36,623 bases of DNA from Sedimentisphaerales bacterium (GCA_963663965.2 CAXXFK010000004.1:1-36623); one strand, 5' to 3'. Positions 16,209 to 26,452 are shown, counted from the first letter of the stretch. Made by a program: numbers and translations. The notes: generated from the sequence alone by a model not told the origin.

Positions 16209-17867
16209 ATGCAATTTGTAAAAAAACCAGTCCGCCAGGTTGTGCCAATCCGTGCTATACAGTTTCAACGGATGTTCACGCTTATAATCTTAATATGTTT
16301 GAATAAACCGGTTCATTCGGTTACGGTTACTGAGTCAGGCTATCATCTTGAAACTTATGCCACAATGTCGCTACCGTTTAATCTTTCGATTAATTCAATG
16401 GGATATTTGTATGTCAGCAATCAGAACAACGCCGGGTCAATACGTCTGGTGGAACCGATCAATCGAACCATTTGGGAAATTGGTGGATCTTTTAATGATC
16501 CGGATGGAATTGTATTTGATCGTAACGGTGTGATGGGTGGGGTCGCGGGTTCTATACTGGTAGGAGCAGGCGAGGAACTCTGGGCGATCCGTCCTGATCA
16601 CAGCATGGTCCGAATGGCGGGTTCGGAGTATGGCCTTGCTAATATCCAGTCTTTATTAATCGATTCTTCGGGCCGGCTACTGGTGGTGGATCAGGGCGCT
16701 ATGAAAGTCTTTCGCAGTTCGGGTAATTTTCTGGATAGCTGGATCGAAATTTATCGCCCTCTTTCAATGGCAATTAATCCGGAAGGTCACATTTACGTTG
16801 GTACTGAAAACAGCATAACTGTTTTTGATCATAGAGGACAATGCAAAGGTTATATCGATTCCGGTTCCTGTTATGTGACCGGTCTGGCATTTGGTTGGGA
16901 TGGCGATTTATTTGCGGCAGGTCATGGCAGTGCGGAATTACATCGGTTTGCCCCGGATGGCACCCACACAATACTGGCTGCCGGCTTCGATCTGGAAGGC
17001 GCTAAAGGGTTGGTATTTGGTCCTGACCATGCTTTATACATCTCGGATACGAATAATCATACCATCTATCGCCTGAGTCGTAAATCAACAGATCCATTGG
17101 TATTGGTCTTATGGAATCGACTGGATTCTGTCCAAAGCGCCCACGCCAGCGAGGTGGGACCTGCAGGGGCGATATTAGGATCTTATGAGGCTTTTGAACC
17201 GGCCATGTTCGGCAATGGTTATGTACGACTAGCCGTAGGAGAATATCTATCTTTTCCAGCCGGCATTTTAAACAATCTGATAGATGCCGGAACAATTGAA
17301 ATGTGGATAAACCCAAAGGTTTCCGCTCCGGTTCCTTATCTATATGGAATTTTCAGTTTCGTAGGTTCTGTGTTTGGGCATTATGAAGTGCCAGGATCTG
17401 AAGTTGAAATATTCTGGGGAGATGGCGTTTCCGGCCGTGGTTTCTGGGGAGTTGTGCGCTTTGGACCTGTTGCCGTAACAACCAGCCTGGAATCCACGCA
17501 ATTTTATGCCACGCCGGGGATTCCATTCCATGTGGCAATTTGCTGGGATATCGATGGTATCGACGGCACCACTGAAACCGCCCGAGTTTATCGCAATGGT
17601 ATTAAGGTGAGCCAAGCCTCCGGAATATGGGATTCAGCTTATATTCCCACCAAACCAATTGTGCTGGGATATGGAGCGGATAGTGGAGGGTATAATAAAT
17701 TTATTACCGATAATATCAAGATCTGGAATAGGGCAATCACCGATTTCTCTCATCGGTTCGAAGAAGACTATGATGGTATAATCCACTGCCCTGAAGCAGA
17801 TCTGACTGGAGATTGTTTTGTGGATTGGAATGATTTTTTAGTATTCTCATCTCAGTGGCTTCAGTAA
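16209..17867 (+). CDS. Secreted NHL-type beta-propeller plus LamG-like domain protein with dockerin/EF-hand-like tail
   Basis: AGGAGG SD; blade repeats (PDGIVFD, GLAFGWDGDLF, GLVFGPDHALYISD); GTIEMWINP, HVAICWD, DNIKIWN; tail ADLTGDCFVDWNDF. Confidence 0.82.
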   Translation: MQFVKKPVRQVVPIRAIQFQRMFTLIILICLNKPVHSVTVTESGYHLETYATMSLPFNLSINSMGYLYVSNQNNAGSIRLVEPINRTIWEIGGSFNDPDGIVFDRNGVMGGVAGSILVGAGEELWAIRPDHSMVRMAGSEYGLANIQSLLIDSSGRLLVVDQGAMKVFRSSGNFLDSWIEIYRPLSMAINPEGHIYVGTENSITVFDHRGQCKGYIDSGSCYVTGLAFGWDGDLFAAGHGSAELHRFAPDGTHTILAAGFDLEGAKGLVFGPDHALYISDTNNHTIYRLSRKSTDPLVLVLWNRLDSVQSAHASEVGPAGAILGSYEAFEPAMFGNGYVRLAVGEYLSFPAGILNNLIDAGTIEMWINPKVSAPVPYLYGIFSFVGSVFGHYEVPGSEVEIFWGDGVSGRGFWGVVRFGPVAVTTSLESTQFYATPGIPFHVAICWDIDGIDGTTETARVYRNGIKVSQASGIWDSAYIPTKPIVLGYGADSGGYNKFITDNIKIWNRAITDFSHRFEEDYDGIIHCPEADLTGDCFVDWNDFLVFSSQWLQ

Positions 17868-17907
17868 TTCGAGCCAGATTCAATATCAATCCAGAATAAA
17901 TTTTAGT

Positions 17908-19182
17908 CTAGTGACAATACCAGTCGATCAGTGTTTCAAGTTGGCCAGAGAGGTAATCCAGGCGCATGCGGGCGGGACCGGCATTAAGGGCCTTGCCGTA
18001 ACCGAGGTTGCCATCGATGGTGATGATGGCGCGGTGGGCGTCGGCAAGATCGATAGCGTCGCGTCCGGCGCCGGAAGTATAAATCCGTAACAGCCAGCCG
18101 ACAGTGACCATGGCTAATAACAGGGTATTAAGACCTTCAACCAGACTGTAGCCATAAAAGTTAGGGCCGCAATAGTTGAGTCCGGCCAGACGGCAGACCA
18201 GGTAACGTTCGAGGAAATCCTGGACATCGTCGGGCCAGCCATCCAGGCTGTTTTCCAGATCGGCCATATCGCAGGCGGGCCAGTCGGCGCAGAGCGGCGG
18301 GAGCGGACCGCTAGTAGCGGAAAGTTTGCTCATGATGGCTGTATCGCTGAGCCGGGATTTCATTTTGTCGATAGGAGAACGTTTGACGCAGGTGATCAGT
18401 TCCACCGGATGGCAGAGCAGGAAAAATATCTGGCCGAGTGTCTGGCGGGCTTTACGCTCGGGCGGCTGCGGCTGGTCGTCCATCTGCTGCATTTCGGCAA
18501 AGATGGCGTTTTTAAACATACCAATCAGATCATCCAGTTCATTGGGCTGAACATTGTGCCATTTGATCCGGCTGATATGCAGACCGAAGCGATAGAGCCA
18601 GATCAACCGGTCGCGCAGATCGACAGTGTTGCTGGCGGCAATCTGGATCAGAGTTTCGTTAACCGCGTTAAAATAATCGGCGGAGATTTTGACTTTGGGT
18701 TTCAATTCGGGTGGATCGACATTGGCGCCCCCTTCGGGGACGATGGCTTGGGCCAGGCGGTGCAGGTCTTTCATATTAGATGACAGAGCCGGCCCGTCAC
18801 TCTGACAGACACCGGGGCAATCGAAACGCAATCCAACCCGCAACTCTCCGGCAAAAGGGGTCAGGACAAATGGAAAAAGCTGACAGGCAATGGGTTTGGC
18901 GGCCAGACCATGATGTTTGTGAATGAGACAAAGATTGTTTTCATCGAGAAAAACACAATCGCCATTGGCTCGTTTTTGCAGGCCCAGTTGAGACGGTCCG
19001 GCCAGTTTCGATTTGACAAACAGGTTGTCTGTACCTAGTTCTGCCGGCCAGTCGCGCTGTTTAAGAATAGATTCTTTCTCTTTTTGCTTTACCGGAACGA
19101 GAAAGCTGCGACAACCCCGGCCGCAATTGAGGCATCGGTAAAACTGGGCTTCTCTGATTTCGGGATGAATAACGATTTTCAT
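17908..19182 (-). CDS. YkgJ/FliB-like cysteine-cluster protein (flagellin lysine-N-methylase-like)
   Basis: CLNCGRGCR; DCVFLDENNLCLIH; KPIACQLFPF; FDCP. Confidence 0.82.
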   Translation of the reverse strand: MKIVIHPEIREAQFYRCLNCGRGCRSFLVPVKQKEKESILKQRDWPAELGTDNLFVKSKLAGPSQLGLQKRANGDCVFLDENNLCLIHKHHGLAAKPIACQLFPFVLTPFAGELRVGLRFDCPGVCQSDGPALSSNMKDLHRLAQAIVPEGGANVDPPELKPKVKISADYFNAVNETLIQIAASNTVDLRDRLIWLYRFGLHISRIKWHNVQPNELDDLIGMFKNAIFAEMQQMDDQPQPPERKARQTLGQIFFLLCHPVELITCVKRSPIDKMKSRLSDTAIMSKLSATSGPLPPLCADWPACDMADLENSLDGWPDDVQDFLERYLVCRLAGLNYCGPNFYGYSLVEGLNTLLLAMVTVGWLLRIYTSGAGRDAIDLADAHRAIITIDGNLGYGKALNAGPARMRLDYLSGQLETLIDWYCH

Positions 19183-20771
19183 GATCTTCTGACTGTTTTT
19201 CAGTGATTTCGATTCGGTCGTAATCTCGGGCCCGGCGAAGCGCCAGGGCCATCATAGCACTACTTATAACCATTCCTGCCAGAAATAGCAATGAAGAACC
19301 CCATAAAGGCAGGGCTATCTCTGGATGGGCTTTACGGAGATAGTAAGTGAGATGGTAGGGCCAAAAGGCCAGATAATAGAGGGTCGGATGCGTTGCACTC
19401 ACCTGGAATTTTTCATCTGAATCGGGCCAGGGAGCGATGCGGTCCTGCCACATATCGGATAACGCCTGGGCAAGGTTGGTTATCCGGTGTTGGAGAAACC
19501 GGTTTTTCCGGCTCGAACATCGTCCAATGACGGGCATTCCAGCCGCCTTCAGCCGCGTAGGCGATATTGACATCACTTAACTCACGGCAATGATGAAGTG
19601 AGACTGCCAGGATCTGGACTACTATTGACGCACTAATTACCGTGCGACAGAGGATCCGACGCCAGAGTACTGGAGAGGGTTGAAACAGAAAGAACGCGAC
19701 TGGAATCATCATCAGACCGAAATAGCGAGTCAGGTAGCGATTGCCCCAGCAACAATTGCCATGGAAACAGGATACGGATGAGAAAATGCAGAGATTGATT
19801 GTCAGAACCGCTCCAATTAGAATTATCCAGGCTCGGTGTTTTTTCCAGAGATAGAAAAATCCTGGGATAGACAGCAAGACGATGGGATTATACAGAAAAA
19901 GGCTTTTACCTGGACTGAGGGTCTGGCCGATAAATCCGGTGGTAAAATGCTTTAAAGAGAAATAGTGGTTGCCGGTAATCGGGACAGGGGAAATCAGGTG
20001 GCCGTAATGGTGATAGTTTAACCAGCAGAACAGGATGGGAAACGGCAAGGCAATCAGGGCCATCAGGGACCAGCGTGAGATTATTTTTGGCCAGGAACGG
20101 GATTGACCGGTATAGGATCGCCATAGCAGATAAAACGCGAAAATGAAACAACACAGGACAATAGGGGCTACTTCGGATCGAATAAAGAAGGCATAACCCA
20201 GACACAGACCTGATAAGGCGAGAGTCCAGAGTTTGCCGGAGAGTTCAAACCGGCGAAACAGCCATATCGTTGCCAGGAAAAGGAATGTCAGATGCGCGTC
20301 GTTCTGTGCTTCTTTATGGATTTCCCAGACACCGGTTGCGAAGACCAGCAAAAGCCCGGTGACAATCGATTGCAGCCGGGTAAAGCCAAACTGACGCGCC
20401 AGATCGCTCATGATTAAACCACAGAACGTCAGGCTTAATGGAAATAATATCAGGGAGATAATAAAGCGAATAACGGTATGGTTCTCGATACCACCGATTC
20501 GATGCAGCAGAAAATAAGGCGCGGCGAAAATCAAATTCTGGCCATAGCAGGGATAGCGGGAATAAACCTGACCGGCGTCATTGGTATACATACCGGGTTT
20601 GTTATAATAGTCACAATCGGGATTATATTGCAGATTACCCTGATCAACCATTGAGGTGGCAAAATGGTATCGCAAAGCCGGATCGATAGAAAAGGTGCCG
20701 TGTGAGGTTATAAAAGCAATTCCAAATATACCCGTCAGGAGCCATGCATAGATTATTGGGCGTTTGTACAT
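19061..20771 (-). pseudogene. GT-C-like polytopic membrane glycosyltransferase split by a +1 frameshift (or sequencing error) at 19503-19507
   Basis: ORFs 19413..20780 and 19061..19576 match consecutive parts of paralog 24731..26425; removing one A gives a 569-aa ORF from the ATG at 20771. Confidence 0.82.
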
Positions 20772-21592
20772 CTGTTGCAATCCCCGTATTGAGATGTATC
20801 ATGAAGGATATCATGGTTGGTATTAACCTGGGTGGTCGTATTTGGTGGAATTATAGTGGATTCGGATAATTCCCAAGGTTGGATGCGTTGATGGGCTTGT
20901 CGAATGGCATAGCCGTACCAGCGGAGGTATTTGGGCAGCCAGTGCAAGAGGCGGAAACGAGACTGACCGGCGGTCCGGTCGAGCCAGGTGGCGGGAACTT
21001 CGCCAATTCGAAAACCGGCAAGCCAGGACTTGATCACAATTTCCATTCCCAGTTCAAAACCACCGTCACTCTCGATCGTAACCGTATCCAGTACGCGACG
21101 GGAATAAAGCTTGAAGCTGTTGGTGATATCATGGGTGGGGATCCCGGTGAACCCGTGCAGTGAGACGCCGGCCAGCCGGGAAAGTGTTTTTTTGAGCAGC
21201 GGCCCCCCAATCTGCCGGCCGCCCCTCATATAGCGCGAGCCGCAGACAATGTCGCAGGATTGGAGTCTGGCCATATCCAGCATGGTATCCACTTTGGCCA
21301 GATCATCGGACAAGTCGGCCATGACCACCAGGGTCCAGGGATGAGAGGTATGGTGCAATCCGGTTTTGATGGCGTTGAGCGCACCGCGGCCGCAACGGTT
21401 TTTCAGCGGCTTGATCGGATGCCCCTGTTGCATGTAACGTGCGGCGACCGGTAAGGTGTTGTCTTCATCCATATCGTATACGATATAGATGGTATGGGGA
21501 GTATGAATCAAATCGGCAACAGCATCGAGGGTGGGTCCGATAGACTCGCCTTCGTGATAAACAGGGATGACAATAGCTAATTCAGTATTCAT
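20753..21592 (-). CDS. GT2 polyprenyl-phosphate glycosyltransferase (DPM1/ArnC-like)
   Basis: IVIPVYHEG, VVMADLSD, DIVCGSRYMRGG, DITNSFKLY, GQSRF; start moved to MNTEL (ATGA overlap with upstream stop). Confidence 0.9.
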   Translation of the reverse strand: MNTELAIVIPVYHEGESIGPTLDAVADLIHTPHTIYIVYDMDEDNTLPVAARYMQQGHPIKPLKNRCGRGALNAIKTGLHHTSHPWTLVVMADLSDDLAKVDTMLDMARLQSCDIVCGSRYMRGGRQIGGPLLKKTLSRLAGVSLHGFTGIPTHDITNSFKLYSRRVLDTVTIESDGGFELGMEIVIKSWLAGFRIGEVPATWLDRTAGQSRFRLLHWLPKYLRWYGYAIRQAHQRIQPWELSESTIIPPNTTTQVNTNHDILHDTSQYGDCNRCTNAQ

Positions 21593-22251
21593 GGTTTTTG
21601 CGCCACAATAAACATCTGTTTGCCAAACCAGCGCCATAAAAACGGACAACTCAGGTAAAGTCGCGCCAGTATTGGGTTAAACGGCAAACTGTCACAGGTC
21701 GTATAAGGTAAAAAACGAGGGATCACTTTTTCCACTCGAAAGCCGGTTAATCGCAATGCCTCGCATAAACTGTGATGACTGAGCGGTAAAAAGTGGTCAA
21801 GAAAATCCCAGTAAACCGCATAGGCATATCGGATGTTGGGCATGAGGATAAGAATTTTTCCGCCGGGTTTTAAATGGCTGTAAATGACCTGAAGGGCCTT
21901 CAAAAAGGTCGCTTTATCGGGTAAATGCTCGAAGAAATTGCTGCTGAATACTCGATCAAGAGAATTTTTAGGTACCGGCAGCGTTTCGGTAATCGACTGT
22001 ATAAAAACGGTTACATCCGGATTGGCAAACTGGCGGCAATGTTCAGACAAATCCAGGGCGTATTTGGTATGACATGTGATGTGATTGATGAATTCGCACC
22101 GTCCGGCGCCAACATCCAGTACGGAGGCGCCGACCGGTATCCAGCGTTGAAAAAAACGCTGACAGAGGAACTGCCAGATTTCTGACCTTTGATCCTGAGA
22201 AAAGGTAAACCGGTTACTATAGATACGCTCAAGGTGTTCGGAATCGAACAT
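21589..22251 (-). CDS. Class I SAM-dependent methyltransferase
   Basis: VLDVGAGRCEF; SNFFEHL; LKPGGKILILMPN. Confidence 0.9.
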   Translation of the reverse strand: MFDSEHLERIYSNRFTFSQDQRSEIWQFLCQRFFQRWIPVGASVLDVGAGRCEFINHITCHTKYALDLSEHCRQFANPDVTVFIQSITETLPVPKNSLDRVFSSNFFEHLPDKATFLKALQVIYSHLKPGGKILILMPNIRYAYAVYWDFLDHFLPLSHHSLCEALRLTGFRVEKVIPRFLPYTTCDSLPFNPILARLYLSCPFLWRWFGKQMFIVAQKP

Positions 22252-22255
22252 GGCG

Positions 22256-23275
22256 TCAGATGCCTCCCAGTTCGATCTGGGTTTTTATCCACGGGATGAT
22301 TTCATCCAGGGCATCGTTCAAAGAGGTGGTCGCTTCAAAACCCAGCAGATCGCGGGCCTTGGCGACATCTGGCACCCGCCGTTGCACATCGTAAAGGAAT
22401 GGTTCATCGCTGACTGTCGCGAAAGGCAGTTCCGGTTGAATCTTTTGCCAGAGCAATTGAGCCAGTTCAAGTACCGTTGTGGATTCGGCTGTGGAAAGAT
22501 TGAAATCTTCGCAAGTGGCTTTTTCATTTTCGATACAATAACGGATACCCCGGGCCAGATCGCCACCGTAGGTATAATGACGGATCTGATTGCCCTGGCC
22601 CAGAATATGCAATGGATTCTGGCCTTTAAGAATTTTTTGGGCCAAATCGGGCAAAACATGGCTCATCGCCAGCTTGATATTACCGCTCATGATCTCAGAC
22701 TCACATAACGCCCTTTTTTCACCGGTACCAATGCAATTGAAGGGCCGGACGATCGTATAGGGCAGGCGATATTGCTCCCAGGCGCCCCGGGCAAAATATT
22801 CACAGGCCAGTTTCTGAAAGCCATAGGTACTCTGGGGCGGCGGGCACTTGAACTGTTCCCCTTCGGGAGTGGGAAACAGATCGGTTGACTCGAAGACCAT
22901 AGAGGAAGAGATCACGATGATTTTCTGTAACTGTCGATGCTGGTGTGCCCAGATGGCCGCGTCAAAGGTAGATGCAGTAATTCGTTCATTTTCGGCCAGA
23001 AGATCATAAGCCAGCTTGTGAAACAGAGTAATCCCGCCGATGATGGCCGCACCGGCGACGACCTGATCGCAATCGGCAATTAATGCTTTGAGCAGATCGG
23101 TGTCTTTGGCATCCCCTTCAGTAAAATGATAGCGGGGATGGCTGTCGTAACTTTTCTGGATTTTGCCGTATTTGCTGTAGTTATCGATACCGACAATCTC
23201 ATGGCCGCGTGCCAGCAAGTCTTCGATCAGATAGCCGGCAATAAAACCGGCGGCGCCTGTGACGAGAATTTTCAA
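22256..23275 (-). CDS. NAD-dependent nucleotide-sugar epimerase/dehydratase/decarboxylase (extended SDR)
   Basis: GAAGFIAG; SSS; YGFQK (YxxxK); RPFN; GTG start overlapping the upstream stop. Confidence 0.92.
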   Translation of the reverse strand: MKILVTGAAGFIAGYLIEDLLARGHEIVGIDNYSKYGKIQKSYDSHPRYHFTEGDAKDTDLLKALIADCDQVVAGAAIIGGITLFHKLAYDLLAENERITASTFDAAIWAHQHRQLQKIIVISSSMVFESTDLFPTPEGEQFKCPPPQSTYGFQKLACEYFARGAWEQYRLPYTIVRPFNCIGTGEKRALCESEIMSGNIKLAMSHVLPDLAQKILKGQNPLHILGQGNQIRHYTYGGDLARGIRYCIENEKATCEDFNLSTAESTTVLELAQLLWQKIQPELPFATVSDEPFLYDVQRRVPDVAKARDLLGFEATTSLNDALDEIIPWIKTQIELGGI

Positions 23276-24561
23276 AATAAACCCCCTTTACCGTAGAAAT
23301 CCCAGATATCGATCAGAACTTTGTCGTAAGGAATCGTCAGATCACGGTATTCGGCGTGAGGTGCGGCCAGAATAACAATATTGGATTTGTCGATTAACCG
23401 GTCCGGATTGACAAATCCGGGATCCTGGATATAAACGTCGCTGCAAAAAACCTGACCCGCTTCCACTTCTAGGATTTTTTTGAGTTTGTAGGCCAGCGAT
23501 TCTCGTTTATCGTCGCAGTTGGCTTTGAACGCCATACCCAGAATACCGGCAGTCATTTTGTTGAGCGGATATTGCTGTTTGAGACGCCGGACAATAAAAT
23601 CGGGCAAGCCTTCATTAATAAGCATGGCCGTATGGCCCAAAAAGAAATTGTTATGGGTGAAGGCCGCCAGTTGCATGGTATCTTTAAACAGGCACGGTCC
23701 GGCGGCGAAACCGGCTTTACTCATGGCCTGCATACGGGGATAGTCGTCAGTAATCGCTTCGTACACTTTGTAAAAATCAATATTGTGTTCGAGCGCGATC
23801 TGGAAAAACTGATTGGAAATGGCAAAATTGATATAACGCCAGGTATTGCAGAACAGTTTGGCCAGTTCTGCTTCCAGCGGATCTAACTCAATTGTTTTTT
23901 CAGCAACCAGACCAAACAATTCCCGGATTTCGTTCAGACTGCTTTCACTGAAAGATGAAATAATCTGCGGCAGGCCGGCCAGTTCTTCAATTGCTTTACT
24001 TTGCGCGATACGCTCCGGGCAAAACGATACTTTCGTTTTGAGTCCCTTAGACTGGAGGAATTCTTTAACACGTCGACTGGTACCGGGAAAGACAGTGCTG
24101 CGCAGGATCAGGTGATGCTGGTCGGACAGATGAGGAACCAGCTCTTCGATCAGTTTCATGAAACTGCCAAAACGGGGATTAAGATGTTCATCGACTGGGG
24201 TTCCGATAACCACAATGATAAAATAGCTTTGGGAAATTACATTATTATCATTCGAGACGAACAGTTTTTTGTTAAGTTGATCGCGCAGGACGCGTTCGGC
24301 GCCATGCTCCAGAAATGGCATATGTCCAGAAGTTACCTGATCGATCGCCTGCTGGTTGATATCCAGTAAGACCGTGCGTGACCCCGCCTGGGCCAGGGAT
24401 AGACCCAGCGGCAAACCAACATGCCCCAGCCCTCCGACAATACAAACATCATATTGACGGGATTTTGGTTTGGAATGTTTCGGTGGCAGGACAATTTTTT
24501 CCAGTATGGCCTGGCATTCCTGTTCGATGGTTTCTTGAGAATTGAGAGTCGTGGTATTCAT
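23272..24561 (-). CDS. Nucleotide-sugar 6-dehydrogenase (WecC/Ugd family)
   Basis: GGLGHVGLP; IGTP; LRSTV.PG; CPER; AKLFCN (Lys); GPCLFKD (Cys); GMAFK..DDKRES. Confidence 0.93.
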   Translation of the reverse strand: MNTTTLNSQETIEQECQAILEKIVLPPKHSKPKSRQYDVCIVGGLGHVGLPLGLSLAQAGSRTVLLDINQQAIDQVTSGHMPFLEHGAERVLRDQLNKKLFVSNDNNVISQSYFIIVVIGTPVDEHLNPRFGSFMKLIEELVPHLSDQHHLILRSTVFPGTSRRVKEFLQSKGLKTKVSFCPERIAQSKAIEELAGLPQIISSFSESSLNEIRELFGLVAEKTIELDPLEAELAKLFCNTWRYINFAISNQFFQIALEHNIDFYKVYEAITDDYPRMQAMSKAGFAAGPCLFKDTMQLAAFTHNNFFLGHTAMLINEGLPDFIVRRLKQQYPLNKMTAGILGMAFKANCDDKRESLAYKLKKILEVEAGQVFCSDVYIQDPGFVNPDRLIDKSNIVILAAPHAEYRDLTIPYDKVLIDIWDFYGKGGLF

Positions 24562-24730
24562 AGTAAAGCTCTCATAAGTTGTTATCGGTCGTTGTTAAAC
24601 TATCAGAATCGATTCGATTGTTATGATCGATACACCTGTTATATCGGTCAGGATCAGACTCTACTGAAGCCGGGGGATTAAGTTTTTGCTATGTCTATGT
24701 CGATATAATAATGCTTTATGATTTAATCTG

Positions 24731-26425
24731 ATGATGAAGAACGAAATGAAACGAAGAATCGCTTTTGGATTGCTGTTTATCGGAACCGCGATAGTGGCAT
24801 TGATGACCTCGCATGGTACGATGAGCGTGGATCCGCCCAATCGATATCTGGTCGCCAAGGCTATGATCGACCATGGCGACCTGAAAATTCGCAAGCTTGA
24901 AGGCGAGCCTCTGCCGCCGGGTGTTTTAGCAGGAATCGATGGTCATCTCTACTCGCATTTTAATGTTGGACAGTCCCTGATATTTGCTCCCTGCTATTAT
25001 GTTTTACATGATTGGCTTGGAATCCAGTCCGATAAATTGATTCGATCTATTATTGCCTTGACGGTCTATCCGGCTAATCTGGCCTTGTGTGTGGTTTTGT
25101 TTTGCTATTTACTGACGCTTTTTGGCCTGTCCACTCGTCAGGCCTGTCTGGGTGGCTTGCTCCTGATGATGGCGACTGGAGTCTGGCAGGTCCACAAAGA
25201 ATGCCAGGAATCCTGCCACTTGGTCCTGTTATATATCGTTGCGGCGATCGGTTTGCGGCGTTATGAACTGTCGGGTTCTTTGCGAAATTTATTGTTATCT
25301 GCAGTCATGATGGCATTGGCCTATCTGATGCGTTTCGATACCGCGCCGGAAATCATCGCCTGTTTGTTTTTTATGGTTTATCTGGTTATCCGGGTGGAAA
25401 CGCGTTTCTACCGTTACTATTCATTGAAATGGCGCATCACGGGACGTTTATTGCTGGTGGTGGTGTGTATGCTACCGGCGCCGATCATCAGCCACTGGAT
25501 ATGTTGGAATCATTTTCATCATTTATTACCCCCAGCCGGTGTTCATCTCAGTTTGAATGTATTGCTGACCATGGGTTTGCCTGGATTATTGATCAGTCCC
25601 GGGCGGGGGTTTTTCTGGTATAATCCGATTTTGATTTTGTCCATTCCGGGATTCTGGCATGTATGGAAAACACAGCGGCGCTGGGCGCTATTCATCATAG
25701 CGTTTTTTGCTGGATGCCTGTTGCTGCATGGTGCGTTGACCTGTTTTCATGGCAATTGCAACTGGGGCCCGCGTTATCTGTACCGGACCTTTCCGTTACT
25801 CTTGATTCCCGGATTACTGTTTGTTTTTCGAGAACGCACTTTGCCAGGGCGGATCGTTACCCGAACAATTGTCACCGCCAGTATTGTCATACAGATTATG
25901 GCAATCAGCCTGCATCATAACCGCGAACTGGCGGACCTGGGACGGGCTTATGGCGGATGGGAAACGCGTCAATGGACGATGTTTGAACCGGAATCCAATT
26001 TTCTGAAACAACGCATTGTTAATCTGGCTGACAGTATCAGGCGAATGGTAACGAATACGGTGCCGGCCTGGCCGGATAAACCCGCCGATCAGGTTGCCGA
26101 GGCCGAAGCGGCAGATGACGCGGTATTGTATTATCTGGCGTTCTGGCCCTATCATCTGACCTATTATCTGGCAGCAGTCAGGCCGCAATGGGCCTGGCCG
26201 GTCTGGGCCGCTACCTTACTGTTCTTAACTGGAATGATCGTCGGTCTGACAGTTATTTGGGGCAGTTACCGGTTATGGGTACAAATTGAAATGGAGCAAA
26301 ATCGAGCGATACAGGAAAAGGCTGAAAAATATGGCTGCCGTCAAATCAGCCAACTACTTGAAAGTAGCCGGAAGAGTAGTGAGGCACACCAACAGGAAGA
26401 TACCCGGGAGAAGGTGTTAATCTAA
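24731..26425 (+). CDS. GT-C-like polytopic membrane glycosyltransferase
   Basis: About a dozen hydrophobic segments; Asp in first loop (SVDP); SPGRGFFWYNP; WGPRYL; adjacent GT2 and nucleotide-sugar genes. Confidence 0.75.
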   Translation: MMKNEMKRRIAFGLLFIGTAIVALMTSHGTMSVDPPNRYLVAKAMIDHGDLKIRKLEGEPLPPGVLAGIDGHLYSHFNVGQSLIFAPCYYVLHDWLGIQSDKLIRSIIALTVYPANLALCVVLFCYLLTLFGLSTRQACLGGLLLMMATGVWQVHKECQESCHLVLLYIVAAIGLRRYELSGSLRNLLLSAVMMALAYLMRFDTAPEIIACLFFMVYLVIRVETRFYRYYSLKWRITGRLLLVVVCMLPAPIISHWICWNHFHHLLPPAGVHLSLNVLLTMGLPGLLISPGRGFFWYNPILILSIPGFWHVWKTQRRWALFIIAFFAGCLLLHGALTCFHGNCNWGPRYLYRTFPLLLIPGLLFVFRERTLPGRIVTRTIVTASIVIQIMAISLHHNRELADLGRAYGGWETRQWTMFEPESNFLKQRIVNLADSIRRMVTNTVPAWPDKPADQVAEAEAADDAVLYYLAFWPYHLTYYLAAVRPQWAWPVWAATLLFLTGMIVGLTVIWGSYRLWVQIEMEQNRAIQEKAEKYGCRQISQLLESSRKSSEAHQQEDTREKVLI

Positions 26426-26452
26426 TCGATATTCCGGCACAAGGTTAATGCA

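Noticed and set aside
19061..19576. 171-aa ORF as an independent gene
   Set aside because: It is the frameshifted C-terminus of the upstream GT-C-like gene
21593..21649. N-terminal extensions in the ORF track for GT2 (also glnS 33030-33107 and the regulator 34539-34622)
   Set aside because: Downstream ATGs have SD sequences or stop-start coupling and match family starts
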